62,235 nt of DNA from Candidatus Magasanikiibacteriota bacterium (GTDB lineage: Bacteria; Patescibacteriota; Patescibacteriia; Magasanikbacterales; GWA2-37-8). The stretch covers positions 810,447 through 872,681 of the forward strand of contig DAIOHD010000001.1 of the NCBI GenBank assembly GCA_036744835.1. Direction: 5' to 3'. The notes below the pieces were generated by a model. That model worked only from the letters and a program-made list of their open reading frames with translations, ran no database searches and was not told the DNA's origin. Each line of letters opens with the position of its first letter. Position 1 is the stretch's first letter. Made by a program: the position numbers and the translations under genes. Positions 46,860 to 55,405 of this stretch are shown here, piece after piece.

Positions 46860-47075
46860 TTAAACGTCTTTTTCCAAACCAAAACCTTCTAAATCATCTT
46901 CCTCTTCGTCCTCATCTTCATCGTCGGCTACAACTTTTTTTTCCTCTTCTTCTACTTCTTCATCTTCTCCTTTGAAACCATTTTCAGATAATTCGTCTGT
47001 TTCTTCTTCCTGCCAAGCGGCGTCATTTTCGTCGTAATTGGCATCATCGTCAATAAAATTAATGTTGTTAAGCAT
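46860..47075 (-). CDS. Small extremely acidic protein
   Basis: 34 of 71 residues D/E; followed by hairpin terminator 46832-46855. Confidence 0.7.
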   Translation of the reverse strand: MLNNINFIDDDANYDENDAAWQEEETDELSENGFKGEDEEVEEEEKKVVADDEDEDEEEDDLEGFGLEKDV

Positions 47076-47137
47076 AGTGCTTTAAATTTTTATTAAAAGC
47101 CAAAAATTGGCTATTTTGAAAAATATTATAGCAAGTT

Positions 47138-47431
47138 TTAAAAATTCGTCAAGAAGTAATAAAGCAATCCTATTTGTGCGGCTAAAATCAACACAAACGG
47201 CAGTAGAAACCCGATTTTTTTAGTTTTGTGGCGGAAAATCTTCATCCCAGTGATGGCGCCAAGCGTTCCGCCAATAAGCGCTAAAAGTAATAACTTGGTT
47301 TCTTTCACTCGCCAAGATCGCCCTTCGGCCTTAGCCTTGTCCAAGCCATAAATAAAAAAAGTAACCAAATTTATAGTCACTAAATACCAGATGAGCCAAG
47401 GGTGTAAATTGTAGAAGTCTACTAAAACCAT
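47138..47431 (-). CDS. DUF1294 family membrane protein
   Basis: YGLDKAKA...WRVKE..LL..A..GG..GA..GM..FRHKTKK. Confidence 0.9.
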   Translation of the reverse strand: MVLVDFYNLHPWLIWYLVTINLVTFFIYGLDKAKAEGRSWRVKETKLLLLALIGGTLGAITGMKIFRHKTKKIGFLLPFVLILAAQIGLLYYFLTNF

Positions 47432-47435
47432 AATG

Positions 47436-47507
47436 AGCGGGTAACGGGAGTCGAACCCGTGTCACCAGTTTGGAAAACTGGGATAATAGCCGTTATATGA
47501 TACCCGC
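47436..47507 (-). tRNA. tRNA-Gly(TCC)
   Basis: GCGGGTA/TACCCGC, U73, CCAGT-TT TCC AA-ACTGG. Confidence 0.95.
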
Positions 47508-47578
47508 AGTGAATGAAAAGAAAGTTTACTTTCTTTTTTGAACGAGGGTGGCATATACCTTAGTATATGATACCCGCA
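47494..47578 (-). repeat. 15-bp duplication of the tRNA-Gly 5' end around a 55-bp hairpin insert
   Basis: tatatgatacccgca at 47494-47508 and 47564-47578. Confidence 0.75.
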
Positions 47579-47728
47579 TATCATATCCGTAAATTGTAAA
47601 AAAATTATATTATGATTTTGAGCTAAAGTCAAGAGGCTATATAACTTTTAAAATAAAAATCGCCCGCTTCAAACGGTCGATTTTTTATTATTATTTATAG
47701 TCTGTAGTCCGTAGTCTAAATTCCATCC

Positions 47729-48289
47729 TTACGCTCTCGCACTATAATCATCTGTTTCTGTATTTACTAAAATCTCTTCTCCTTCTTTGATAAAAATCGG
47801 AGCTTGGATATGTAAACCGTTATCAAGCACTATTTCTTTGGTCACGTTTCCAGCCGCGCTGTTTCCTTTTTCTGCTGGCGGAGCTTCTACTACTTTGTAT
47901 TGAATTTTTTTCGGAATTTGAATACTCACCGGTCGTTCTTCATAAAGACCGATAATTACATCTAGTCCTTCTTTGAGATATTTAGCATCATCCCCTATCA
48001 AATCTCCTTCCATTTCCACTTGCTCATAACTTTGCATATTCATAAAAGCGAAGTTATCTCCGGTCTTATATAAATATTGCATAGTTACAAAAGAAACACT
48101 GACGATATCTACAGTTTCTACGGTTTTATAAGTAATTTCAATCACTTTACCGGTAGCCAGGGATTTCATCCTGGTGCGCACAAAGGCCGCGCCTTTACCC
48201 GGATTGATGTGTTGAAATTCTACCACCACAAACAAATCGTTTTGGTGTTTGATAACCACACCTTTTCTTATTTCAGATGTAGAAGCCAT
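47729..48289 (-). CDS. efp: Elongation factor P
   Basis: HINPGKGAAFVR; FMNMQSYEQ; IQAPIFIKEGE. Confidence 0.97.
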   Translation of the reverse strand: MASTSEIRKGVVIKHQNDLFVVVEFQHINPGKGAAFVRTRMKSLATGKVIEITYKTVETVDIVSVSFVTMQYLYKTGDNFAFMNMQSYEQVEMEGDLIGDDAKYLKEGLDVIIGLYEERPVSIQIPKKIQYKVVEAPPAEKGNSAAGNVTKEIVLDNGLHIQAPIFIKEGEEILVNTETDDYSARA

Positions 48290-48337
48290 AAGTAATATAA
48301 TTCAAAATCATCCCGACGGAAAATCGGGATGATTGTT

Positions 48338-48553
48338 TTATCTAGATAAAAAAGACATTAGAGAAGCTTGGCGAGCACGTTTGATAGCCATAGCTACTTG
48401 ACGTTGATGTTTAGCGCAAAGTCCGCTTCTGCGTCTTGGCGCAATTTTCATATAGGAGGAAACGAATTTTTTCAAATTGTTTACGTCCTTATAATCAACA
48501 ACCATTTTGTTGTTGGTGCAATAAAAGCAACTTTTTGATTTCTGTTCTTGCAT
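48338..48553 (-). CDS. rpsR: 30S ribosomal protein S18 (zinc-binding form)
   Basis: CYFC, VDYKDV, SGLCAKHQR. Confidence 0.96.
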   Translation of the reverse strand: MQEQKSKSCFYCTNNKMVVDYKDVNNLKKFVSSYMKIAPRRRSGLCAKHQRQVAMAIKRARQASLMSFLSR

Positions 48554-48564
48554 AATTTATTTTT

Positions 48565-49002
48565 TTAAAAAGGTATATCTTCAACTTTAATTTCTTCTTC
48601 GATAATTTCCCCATTGTTTTCTTCTTTTGCAACCGGGGTATTATTAACTGTTTTTTCACCAGTTCCGGCGGCGCTTGGACCATTGAGCATTATCATATTA
48701 TCGGCAATTATTTCCGTGCGATATCTCTTGATACCGTCTTGTCCTGTCCATTCTCTGGTTTGTAATCGACCTTCAACATAAACTTTTGATCCGCGACGTA
48801 AATATTGAGACGCAATTTCAGCCAATTTTGACCACATCACAATATTGTGAAATTCAGCTTCTTTTTGCTTTTGACCTTGGGCATCAGTCCAGTAGCGGTT
48901 GGTAGCAATAGACATAGATGCTACAGCTTTACCGTTTGGAGTGTTGCGTAATTCCGGATCTCTGGTCAAATTACCTATTAGGGTTACACGATTTAAATCC
49001 AT
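48565..49002 (-). CDS. ssb: Single-stranded DNA-binding protein
   Basis: NRVTLIGNLTRDPELR; VEGRLQTREW; C-terminal EDIPF. Confidence 0.97.
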   Translation of the reverse strand: MDLNRVTLIGNLTRDPELRNTPNGKAVASMSIATNRYWTDAQGQKQKEAEFHNIVMWSKLAEIASQYLRRGSKVYVEGRLQTREWTGQDGIKRYRTEIIADNMIMLNGPSAAGTGEKTVNNTPVAKEENNGEIIEEEIKVEDIPF

Positions 49003-49111
49003 ATGATTGAATTTAGATTTATTATTTTTATACTAATTTTCTTTAAAAATAAATAGTATACTTACCTGGCTTAGTCCGGCGTAGCTATAGCGAAGCTTGG
49101 ACGAAGTCGGG

Positions 49112-49630
49112 TTAAACTTTAGTCATTAGGTTGTCATCGGCCAAAATTTCATCCAATTTTTTATCAATATCTTTGAGATCCATGGGTTTTTCTTCAATGA
49201 CCGGGGTTGTTTTTTCCTCTTCTTTTATTTCTTCTTTAACGATTTCTTTTTGAACATCTTCTTTTATTTCTTTACTTTCAACTTCTTCCCGAGAATCCTC
49301 TTTAATTTCTGAATTAAAATAAGAAATTTTTTGTGCGGTTGCCATTTTTTCGTTATATTTAGTGATAAAACTGCGCAAAATATTTTTATCTAAATTAAGT
49401 TTATTTTTTAATTCATTTATTTTTTCTGCTTCAGTTTCAAAAAGTACGGTATAAAAATAACCGTAGCGAATCTGCTTGATAGGATAAGCCAAACGATTTT
49501 TACCGAGATTACTTATTGCGGCTTTTTCGCTAGTTTCATTAACAATACCAAGCGCTTTATTGGCTTCGTTTTCGGCTTCTTTTTCATCAAAAGTGCCCGG
49601 CAAAACTAATAAAAGTTCATATTTCTGCAT
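49112..49630 (-). CDS. rpsF: 30S ribosomal protein S6 with long acidic C-terminal extension
   Basis: KYELLLV, RLAYPI, GYFY; leads the rpsF-ssb-rpsR unit. Confidence 0.93.
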   Translation of the reverse strand: MQKYELLLVLPGTFDEKEAENEANKALGIVNETSEKAAISNLGKNRLAYPIKQIRYGYFYTVLFETEAEKINELKNKLNLDKNILRSFITKYNEKMATAQKISYFNSEIKEDSREEVESKEIKEDVQKEIVKEEIKEEEKTTPVIEEKPMDLKDIDKKLDEILADDNLMTKV

Positions 49631-49888
49631 AATTTTATAATATTTTTAACGCCCTCAAAACTTCCTTGCTCTTTGACGGAATTTCAAGGATTAAGTACAA
49701 AATTTAATTAAAGTACTTAAATATTAGCACATTTTTCAAAATAGTCAACACCCGCCTTGTGGGTTATTTTATAAACAGTCTATCCACAGTTAACTTTATG
49801 CTAAAACATGTTATAATAAACAAAAGAACAAAAAAAATAATTTGTTCACATTTTTTGATATTGAAGTTAAAAAATCTATATTTTCTTT

Positions 49889-51613
49889 ATGCTTCCCGCA
49901 AATATTGTAGAAAAAATCATTCTAAAATGTAATTTAGGCCCAGATGCCAAAACATGCCAGGAGTTAAAATTAGAATCAGAAAAAACAGATACTTCTTTAG
50001 TTGAATTATTGCTTAATAAAAACTTAATTGATGAAAACCGACTTTTTACCAAGGCCGGAGAAATTTTAAACGTACCTTTTATTAATTTAAAAGGTAAGGA
50101 TATTCGCCGAGATATTTTAAATCTTATTCCCTCTCCAGTGGCCAATGCCAACCAAGTTGTCGCTTTTGATAAAAATGAAAAAGAAATATTTTTGGCAATG
50201 ATTGATCCGACTGATCTACAAACCGCTGAATTTATCCGTCGTAAAACCGGATTGGAACCAAAAATTCATATTACTACTTTATCAGATTTGAACGACACTC
50301 TCCATCGTTATCATGTGGGTTTGGAAGAAGAAATGAAAATAATTCAAGAAAACAAAGAGGAAGAAGATACCGGTGACCTAAAAAAAGCTGCTGAGGAACT
50401 GCCTATTATTAACATCGTTAATAGTATTTTGGAACATGCAGTATATGAAGGAGCTTCCGATATTCATATTGAGCCAAACGAAAAAGAGCTGGCTATTCGT
50501 TATCGTATTGACGGTATTTTGAAACTAGTGATGAATCTACCGAAAAATTTTCAAAGCGGAGTAGTAGCTAGAATTAAAATCTTGGCTAATTTGAAAATTG
50601 ATGAACACATGGTACCTCAAGACGGACGTTTCAAAACTAAACTACAAAATGACAAAATGGCTTTTCGTGTTTCTATCATTCCGGTTTATGACGGAGAAAA
50701 AATAGTTATGCGTTTATTACCTGAAGGAGCCAAACCTCTAACTTTGGATCAATTGGGTTTTCAACCCGGTGTCAAAAAAACAATCGAAGGCGCAATAAAA
50801 AAACCAAACGGCATGATTTTGGTGACTGGTCCGACTGGTTCGGGAAAAACTACTACACTATACTCTATTTTAGGTATTTTAAATCAACCAGGTGTAAATA
50901 TTTCTACCATCGAAGATCCTATCGAATACCGTATTCAAGGAGTAAACCAAAGCCAAATTAATCCTAAAATCGGTTTTACTTTTGCTTCTGGTTTACGCGC
51001 TTTTCTCCGCCAAGATCCCAATATTATCATGGTAGGAGAAATCCGCGACCAAGAAACTGCCGAAATTGCGGTTCATGCGGCTATGACCGGTCATTTAGTA
51101 CTTTCCACTCTGCACACAAATGACGCTCCGACCACTATCCCGCGTTTAACTGATATGGGCGTGCCTCCTTTTTTGGTTTCTTATACCACCAATATTGTTA
51201 TGGCTCAAAGATTAGTACGTAAAATTTGTCAATATTGTAAAAAGGATTATAAACTCGATAAAACTTCTATTGATGCACTGCTCAAAGCTTTCGATGCTGA
51301 ACGCATTACTACTATTTTGAAAGAAAATAATCTCTTGAATAAAGATGAAAAAAATTTAGAAGAAATGACTTTTTACAAAGGCGAAGGTTGCCCACGCTGT
51401 AATAATTCTGGATATAAAGGGCGTATCGGTATTTATGAAGTATTGGAAGTTAATCAAGAAATAATTCACAAAATCAATGAACATGCCGATGCTAACGCTC
51501 TCAAAGATACGGCTCGTAAAAACGGGATGATTACCATGAGTGAAGATGGCCTGATAAAAGCTAAAACAGGTATAACTACCATTTCGGAAATACTCAGGGT
51601 AACGAAAGAGTAG
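49889..51613 (+). CDS. pilB: Type IV pilus extension ATPase
   Basis: ASDIHIEP, RYRIDG, PQDGR, GPTGSGKTTTLY, LRQDPNIIMVGEIRD, TGHLVLSTLH, CxxC zinc motifs. Confidence 0.93.
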   Translation: MLPANIVEKIILKCNLGPDAKTCQELKLESEKTDTSLVELLLNKNLIDENRLFTKAGEILNVPFINLKGKDIRRDILNLIPSPVANANQVVAFDKNEKEIFLAMIDPTDLQTAEFIRRKTGLEPKIHITTLSDLNDTLHRYHVGLEEEMKIIQENKEEEDTGDLKKAAEELPIINIVNSILEHAVYEGASDIHIEPNEKELAIRYRIDGILKLVMNLPKNFQSGVVARIKILANLKIDEHMVPQDGRFKTKLQNDKMAFRVSIIPVYDGEKIVMRLLPEGAKPLTLDQLGFQPGVKKTIEGAIKKPNGMILVTGPTGSGKTTTLYSILGILNQPGVNISTIEDPIEYRIQGVNQSQINPKIGFTFASGLRAFLRQDPNIIMVGEIRDQETAEIAVHAAMTGHLVLSTLHTNDAPTTIPRLTDMGVPPFLVSYTTNIVMAQRLVRKICQYCKKDYKLDKTSIDALLKAFDAERITTILKENNLLNKDEKNLEEMTFYKGEGCPRCNNSGYKGRIGIYEVLEVNQEIIHKINEHADANALKDTARKNGMITMSEDGLIKAKTGITTISEILRVTKE

Positions 51614-51707
51614 TCTGAAATTAAAAAAATTTAAGAAATTTAAAAGATTTAAAAAATTAAATTAACCTTTACAATCTTTAAATCTTTTCAATCTTTCAAT
51701 CTTTTAA

Positions 51708-52817
51708 ATGTTTTGTATGGAGGGTAAAAAACTTTCACCTTTAGAAGAAAAAATCAATTACTTTATCTATAAATATTTGACCCGCATCTCGTTTGTCGAC
51801 AAGATGATGTTTGTGCACCATTTGCAAATAATGACTAAAGCCGGACTTTCCATTATCGTTGCTCTGAAAATTCTCAGCGAAGAATCAGAAAATAAAAAAT
51901 TAAAAATAATAATTGGCGAAATAAAAGCCGAAGTGGAAAAAGGACAACAACTTTCCGTAGCATTGGCCAAATATCCAAAAGTTTTTCCACCGGTTTATGT
52001 CAGTATGATCGCTGCCGGAGAAGTAGCCGGAAAACTTGAGGAGGCTTTGACCCAAGTGGCCACCCAGATGAAAAAATCTCACGAACTATCAAGCAAAGTC
52101 AAAGGCGCTATGATCTACCCGGCAGTCATTTTTTCAGCTATGGTCGGAATTGCTTTTTTTGTAGTACTTTATATCTTACCAAAAATTTTAGTTATGTTTG
52201 AAGAAATGGATGCGGAACTTCCTTTGGCAACGCGCATCTTGATGTCAATTACTCATTTTATGCAAAATTATTGGTATTTAGTAATCATTGCTTTTGTTAT
52301 TTTACTTTATTCTTATTTTCGTGCAATGAAAAATTATAATTTCAAAAAATTTATGCATCGTCTGCGATTAAAATTGCCTATTGCCGGATTGATTATCAAA
52401 AAAATAAATTTAGCCAACTTTACTTTAACTCTTTGTTCTCTTTTGAATAGTACTATTCCAATTATTGAAGCGGTAAGAATTTCTTCGGAAGTCTTGGGCA
52501 ATGTAATTTATAAAGAAAAATTAAAAGAAGCCTCCGAATCTCTTAAAAAAGGGATTAATTTATCCGAAATTCTAACTCGCAGTCCGCAGATTTTTCCACC
52601 GATGGTTACAGAGATGATCATGGTTGGAGAACAAACTGGGAATGTCGAAAAAATGCTTAGTGAACTTTCCGAATATTATAACAATGAGGTTAGTGAAACT
52701 ATGAATAACTTTACCTCAATCATTGAACCGATAATTATTTTGATTTTAGGTTTAGGTGTCGCGGGAATAGCGGTAGCGGTTATCATGCCGATGTACGCTT
52801 TAACTCAAAGTATTTAA
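51708..52817 (+). CDS. pilC: Type IV pilus platform protein (GspF family)
   Basis: AGE..G.L motifs twice; GAMIYP; IIEPII. Confidence 0.92.
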   Translation: MFCMEGKKLSPLEEKINYFIYKYLTRISFVDKMMFVHHLQIMTKAGLSIIVALKILSEESENKKLKIIIGEIKAEVEKGQQLSVALAKYPKVFPPVYVSMIAAGEVAGKLEEALTQVATQMKKSHELSSKVKGAMIYPAVIFSAMVGIAFFVVLYILPKILVMFEEMDAELPLATRILMSITHFMQNYWYLVIIAFVILLYSYFRAMKNYNFKKFMHRLRLKLPIAGLIIKKINLANFTLTLCSLLNSTIPIIEAVRISSEVLGNVIYKEKLKEASESLKKGINLSEILTRSPQIFPPMVTEMIMVGEQTGNVEKMLSELSEYYNNEVSETMNNFTSIIEPIIILILGLGVAGIAVAVIMPMYALTQSI

Positions 52818-52820
52818 TAT

Positions 52821-53927
52821 ATGTTTTTAACAAGCAATCCTTTTTATGGCGCGTTTGGATTAGACTTTGGCGATTCATCCATTAAATTGGTACAAATTAT
52901 AAAGAAATTCAATCTACGCGGACGACCAACTTTCGAACTAAAACATTTGCGTAAGGTTGATCTTTTGCCAGGTTGTATCGCCCAGGGAGAAATCTTGCAA
53001 CCAGAAGCGGTTAAACAAAAAATTCTTCATCTGTTGGGTTATGAAGGTAACGAATTTAAAAAAATTTCTTGCCCTTGGCTTGCTTTTAATTTACCGGTAA
53101 CCAAAACTTTTCTCAAACTAATTGAAATAAAAACTCCCCCTCTGCAAATAACTGACGAAGATGTAAAATTGGAAACAGTCAAACACGTTCCCTTTGATAT
53201 CAAGGAGACTTATATTGATTGGCAAATCATAAATAAAGAAGAGGAGGAAGCAAAAAATTCTTGGGTCCTGGTTGGATTGGCACCAAAAAATATGGTTGAT
53301 TCATATTTTAATATTTTGGACAGTATCGGATTAAACCCAATCGCGGTAGAACTCGAAGATTTATCTATAGCTCGCGCGATGATAACCGGTAGTAAAACTT
53401 ACATGGGCGAAGCTCGCGCAATTTTAGATTTAGGAGCTTCACGTTCCGCGATTATAATATATGATAAGGGGAGTATACAATTCAGTCAGGTAATTAATTT
53501 TTCCGGAGAACTTATCAATACCGCTTTAATGCAAGCATTAAAAATAGAACGCTTTGCAGCCGATGCTTTAAAAAATAAAAACGGCTTAACTTACGATCCT
53601 CAATACCCTCTTTATCTCAAAGCTGTTTCTGAAATCACGGAAAAACTCTTAAGTGACATTGTCAAAGCCTTAAATTATTATAATACTCACTTTCCTTCTC
53701 CTAACCCCGTTACTCACATTACTATGTCTGGCGGAGTGGCCGCTTTGAAAAATTTAGATAAAATAATTACCAAAAAACTAGCCGTAGGGGCTTATCCGGG
53801 AAATGCTTGGAAAAATATTTACAATGAAAAACTTATTGGCCGCGATCGTCACGAACTACTCTCTTTTGCTTCAGCTGTAGGGCTAGGACTACGGGCCGCT
53901 GAAGATCTAAAAAGTTTCAAACACTAA
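52821..53927 (+). CDS. pilM: Type IV pilus assembly protein PilM
   Basis: FGLDFGDSSIKLV actin-like fold; ILDLGASRS; MSGG. Confidence 0.88.
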   Translation: MFLTSNPFYGAFGLDFGDSSIKLVQIIKKFNLRGRPTFELKHLRKVDLLPGCIAQGEILQPEAVKQKILHLLGYEGNEFKKISCPWLAFNLPVTKTFLKLIEIKTPPLQITDEDVKLETVKHVPFDIKETYIDWQIINKEEEEAKNSWVLVGLAPKNMVDSYFNILDSIGLNPIAVELEDLSIARAMITGSKTYMGEARAILDLGASRSAIIIYDKGSIQFSQVINFSGELINTALMQALKIERFAADALKNKNGLTYDPQYPLYLKAVSEITEKLLSDIVKALNYYNTHFPSPNPVTHITMSGGVAALKNLDKIITKKLAVGAYPGNAWKNIYNEKLIGRDRHELLSFASAVGLGLRAAEDLKSFKH

Positions 53928-53931
53928 TACT

Positions 53932-54459
53932 ATGATGATTCTCAATCTTAATTTAATGCCCAAATCAAAAAAACACGAATTATTATTACTGACCAGAATA
54001 AACCTGGTAAGAACTTTTTTTATATATTCTTTTTATTTATTAATGGTTTTTCTCGTTTTTTTGGTTATTTTTTATTATAATTTAAACCAACAACTTGATA
54101 ATCTCAACAAAAGTCGTTCTTTGGTTAATAATAGTTTTGTGGAATATAATCAAGAAATATTGGAATTGAACAAAAATATTGACAACCTTAATGTTGCCGG
54201 AAAAAATTATCACGAACTATCTTCAAAATTTTTACAAATTATTGAAACCGTGCCAAATGATATTAAATTGTCTTCTTTTTCTTTAAGCTTGGACAAAAAA
54301 GCTGTTTTTCTACCCGGAGTGGCTAAAGATAGAGATGCACTTTTGCGTTATGGAGAAATTCTAAGCAGTCTTTCTTGGATAAAAAGTGTAGATATACCCA
54401 AAACTCAACTACTCCAAAAAGAAAATATCACTTTTAATATTGGTCTAGAGTTACAATAA
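53932..54459 (+). CDS. pilN: PilN-like protein
   Basis: LNLNLMP N-terminal motif, TM, coiled coil; position after pilM. Confidence 0.75.
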   Translation: MMILNLNLMPKSKKHELLLLTRINLVRTFFIYSFYLLMVFLVFLVIFYYNLNQQLDNLNKSRSLVNNSFVEYNQEILELNKNIDNLNVAGKNYHELSSKFLQIIETVPNDIKLSSFSLSLDKKAVFLPGVAKDRDALLRYGEILSSLSWIKSVDIPKTQLLQKENITFNIGLELQ

Positions 54460-54460
54460 T

Positions 54461-55006
54461 ATGATTCAAATTTTTCTTCAAAGAATAAAACTGACTATCT
54501 TTCTTTTTCTGTTGTTAAACGGCTTGGCTGGATTTAGTATCTACAAATTAGAAACTATGATTCAAAACAAAGACAAAGAAATTAAAGAATATTTATCCGA
54601 ACTAGAAAGAAAAAGTCGCGGGTCTCAAAATCTCAAAGAGGCTTTGGAACAAGCTCGCAATACTAAAGTTATTATCAGTGGTTTTGAAAAATACTTATTT
54701 AAAAGTGGGAATGAGCTCAACCTGATTACCGACTTAGAAAATATCGCGCAAACAAATAAAGTTACTCAAAAAATAGAGTCTTCCAACTTGGATAAAATAG
54801 TTAACAATACCATTTTTTTAACTTTGAGAATCTCCGGCACTTATACCGACACTTTAAATTATTTAATGGATTTGGAAAATTATGACTATTTTCTACAAAT
54901 AAAAACTTTGGATTTTAATCCAGTTTATGATTTGAAAAATCCCGAAAGTCCGGAAGGGGCTCGAACGGATTTACGTTTAACCTTGAATCTTTATGTCAAC
55001 CCTTAA
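54461..55006 (+). CDS. pilO: PilO-like protein
   Basis: TM plus coiled coil, L.ISGTY...F..LE pattern; position after pilN. Confidence 0.7.
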   Translation: MIQIFLQRIKLTIFLFLLLNGLAGFSIYKLETMIQNKDKEIKEYLSELERKSRGSQNLKEALEQARNTKVIISGFEKYLFKSGNELNLITDLENIAQTNKVTQKIESSNLDKIVNNTIFLTLRISGTYTDTLNYLMDLENYDYFLQIKTLDFNPVYDLKNPESPEGARTDLRLTLNLYVNP

Positions 55007-55403
55007 AAAAATTCCTTGGACAAAAAAATTAGCTAAACAATTAAATTCTGTAACCGTAGAAAATCGTGACGAGCTTTTTTTGTGGAAGACCACGACTATT
55101 TTTGTTTTTATTTTGATGGTTTTATCTGTTTCTTATTTTGTTCGTTTGGGGTACCAAAAAACTAATGCTTTACTTGACCAAACCAGTGATACAGTGGTAA
55201 ATAAATCCGGTTTTAGTATCGAAAATATAGATATGGAAGCTTTTGAAAAAGCCGCCGTACTTATCGATTACAAAAAAAACCCCTTGACACTTCCTTCGAA
55301 AATTCGTAATGTATTCTTCTACGACAAAGAAGAAAATACCGGTTATGTTCCACCAACAGCAGCTTCAACTACTACCATATCTTTGGAAAACAATAACTCT
55401 TAA
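54993..55403 (+). CDS. Single-TM hypothetical protein at the PilP position
   Basis: Overlaps pilO stop; one TM. Confidence 0.65.
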   Translation: MSTLKKIPWTKKLAKQLNSVTVENRDELFLWKTTTIFVFILMVLSVSYFVRLGYQKTNALLDQTSDTVVNKSGFSIENIDMEAFEKAAVLIDYKKNPLTLPSKIRNVFFYDKEENTGYVPPTAASTTTISLENNNS

Positions 55404-55405
55404 AA

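Noticed and set aside
49758-49788. Replication origin at the DnaA-like boxes (49758-49766, 49780-49788; also 7145 and 31488)
   Set aside because: Boxes are isolated or degenerate, with no dense cluster, DUE or dnaA/dnaN nearby.
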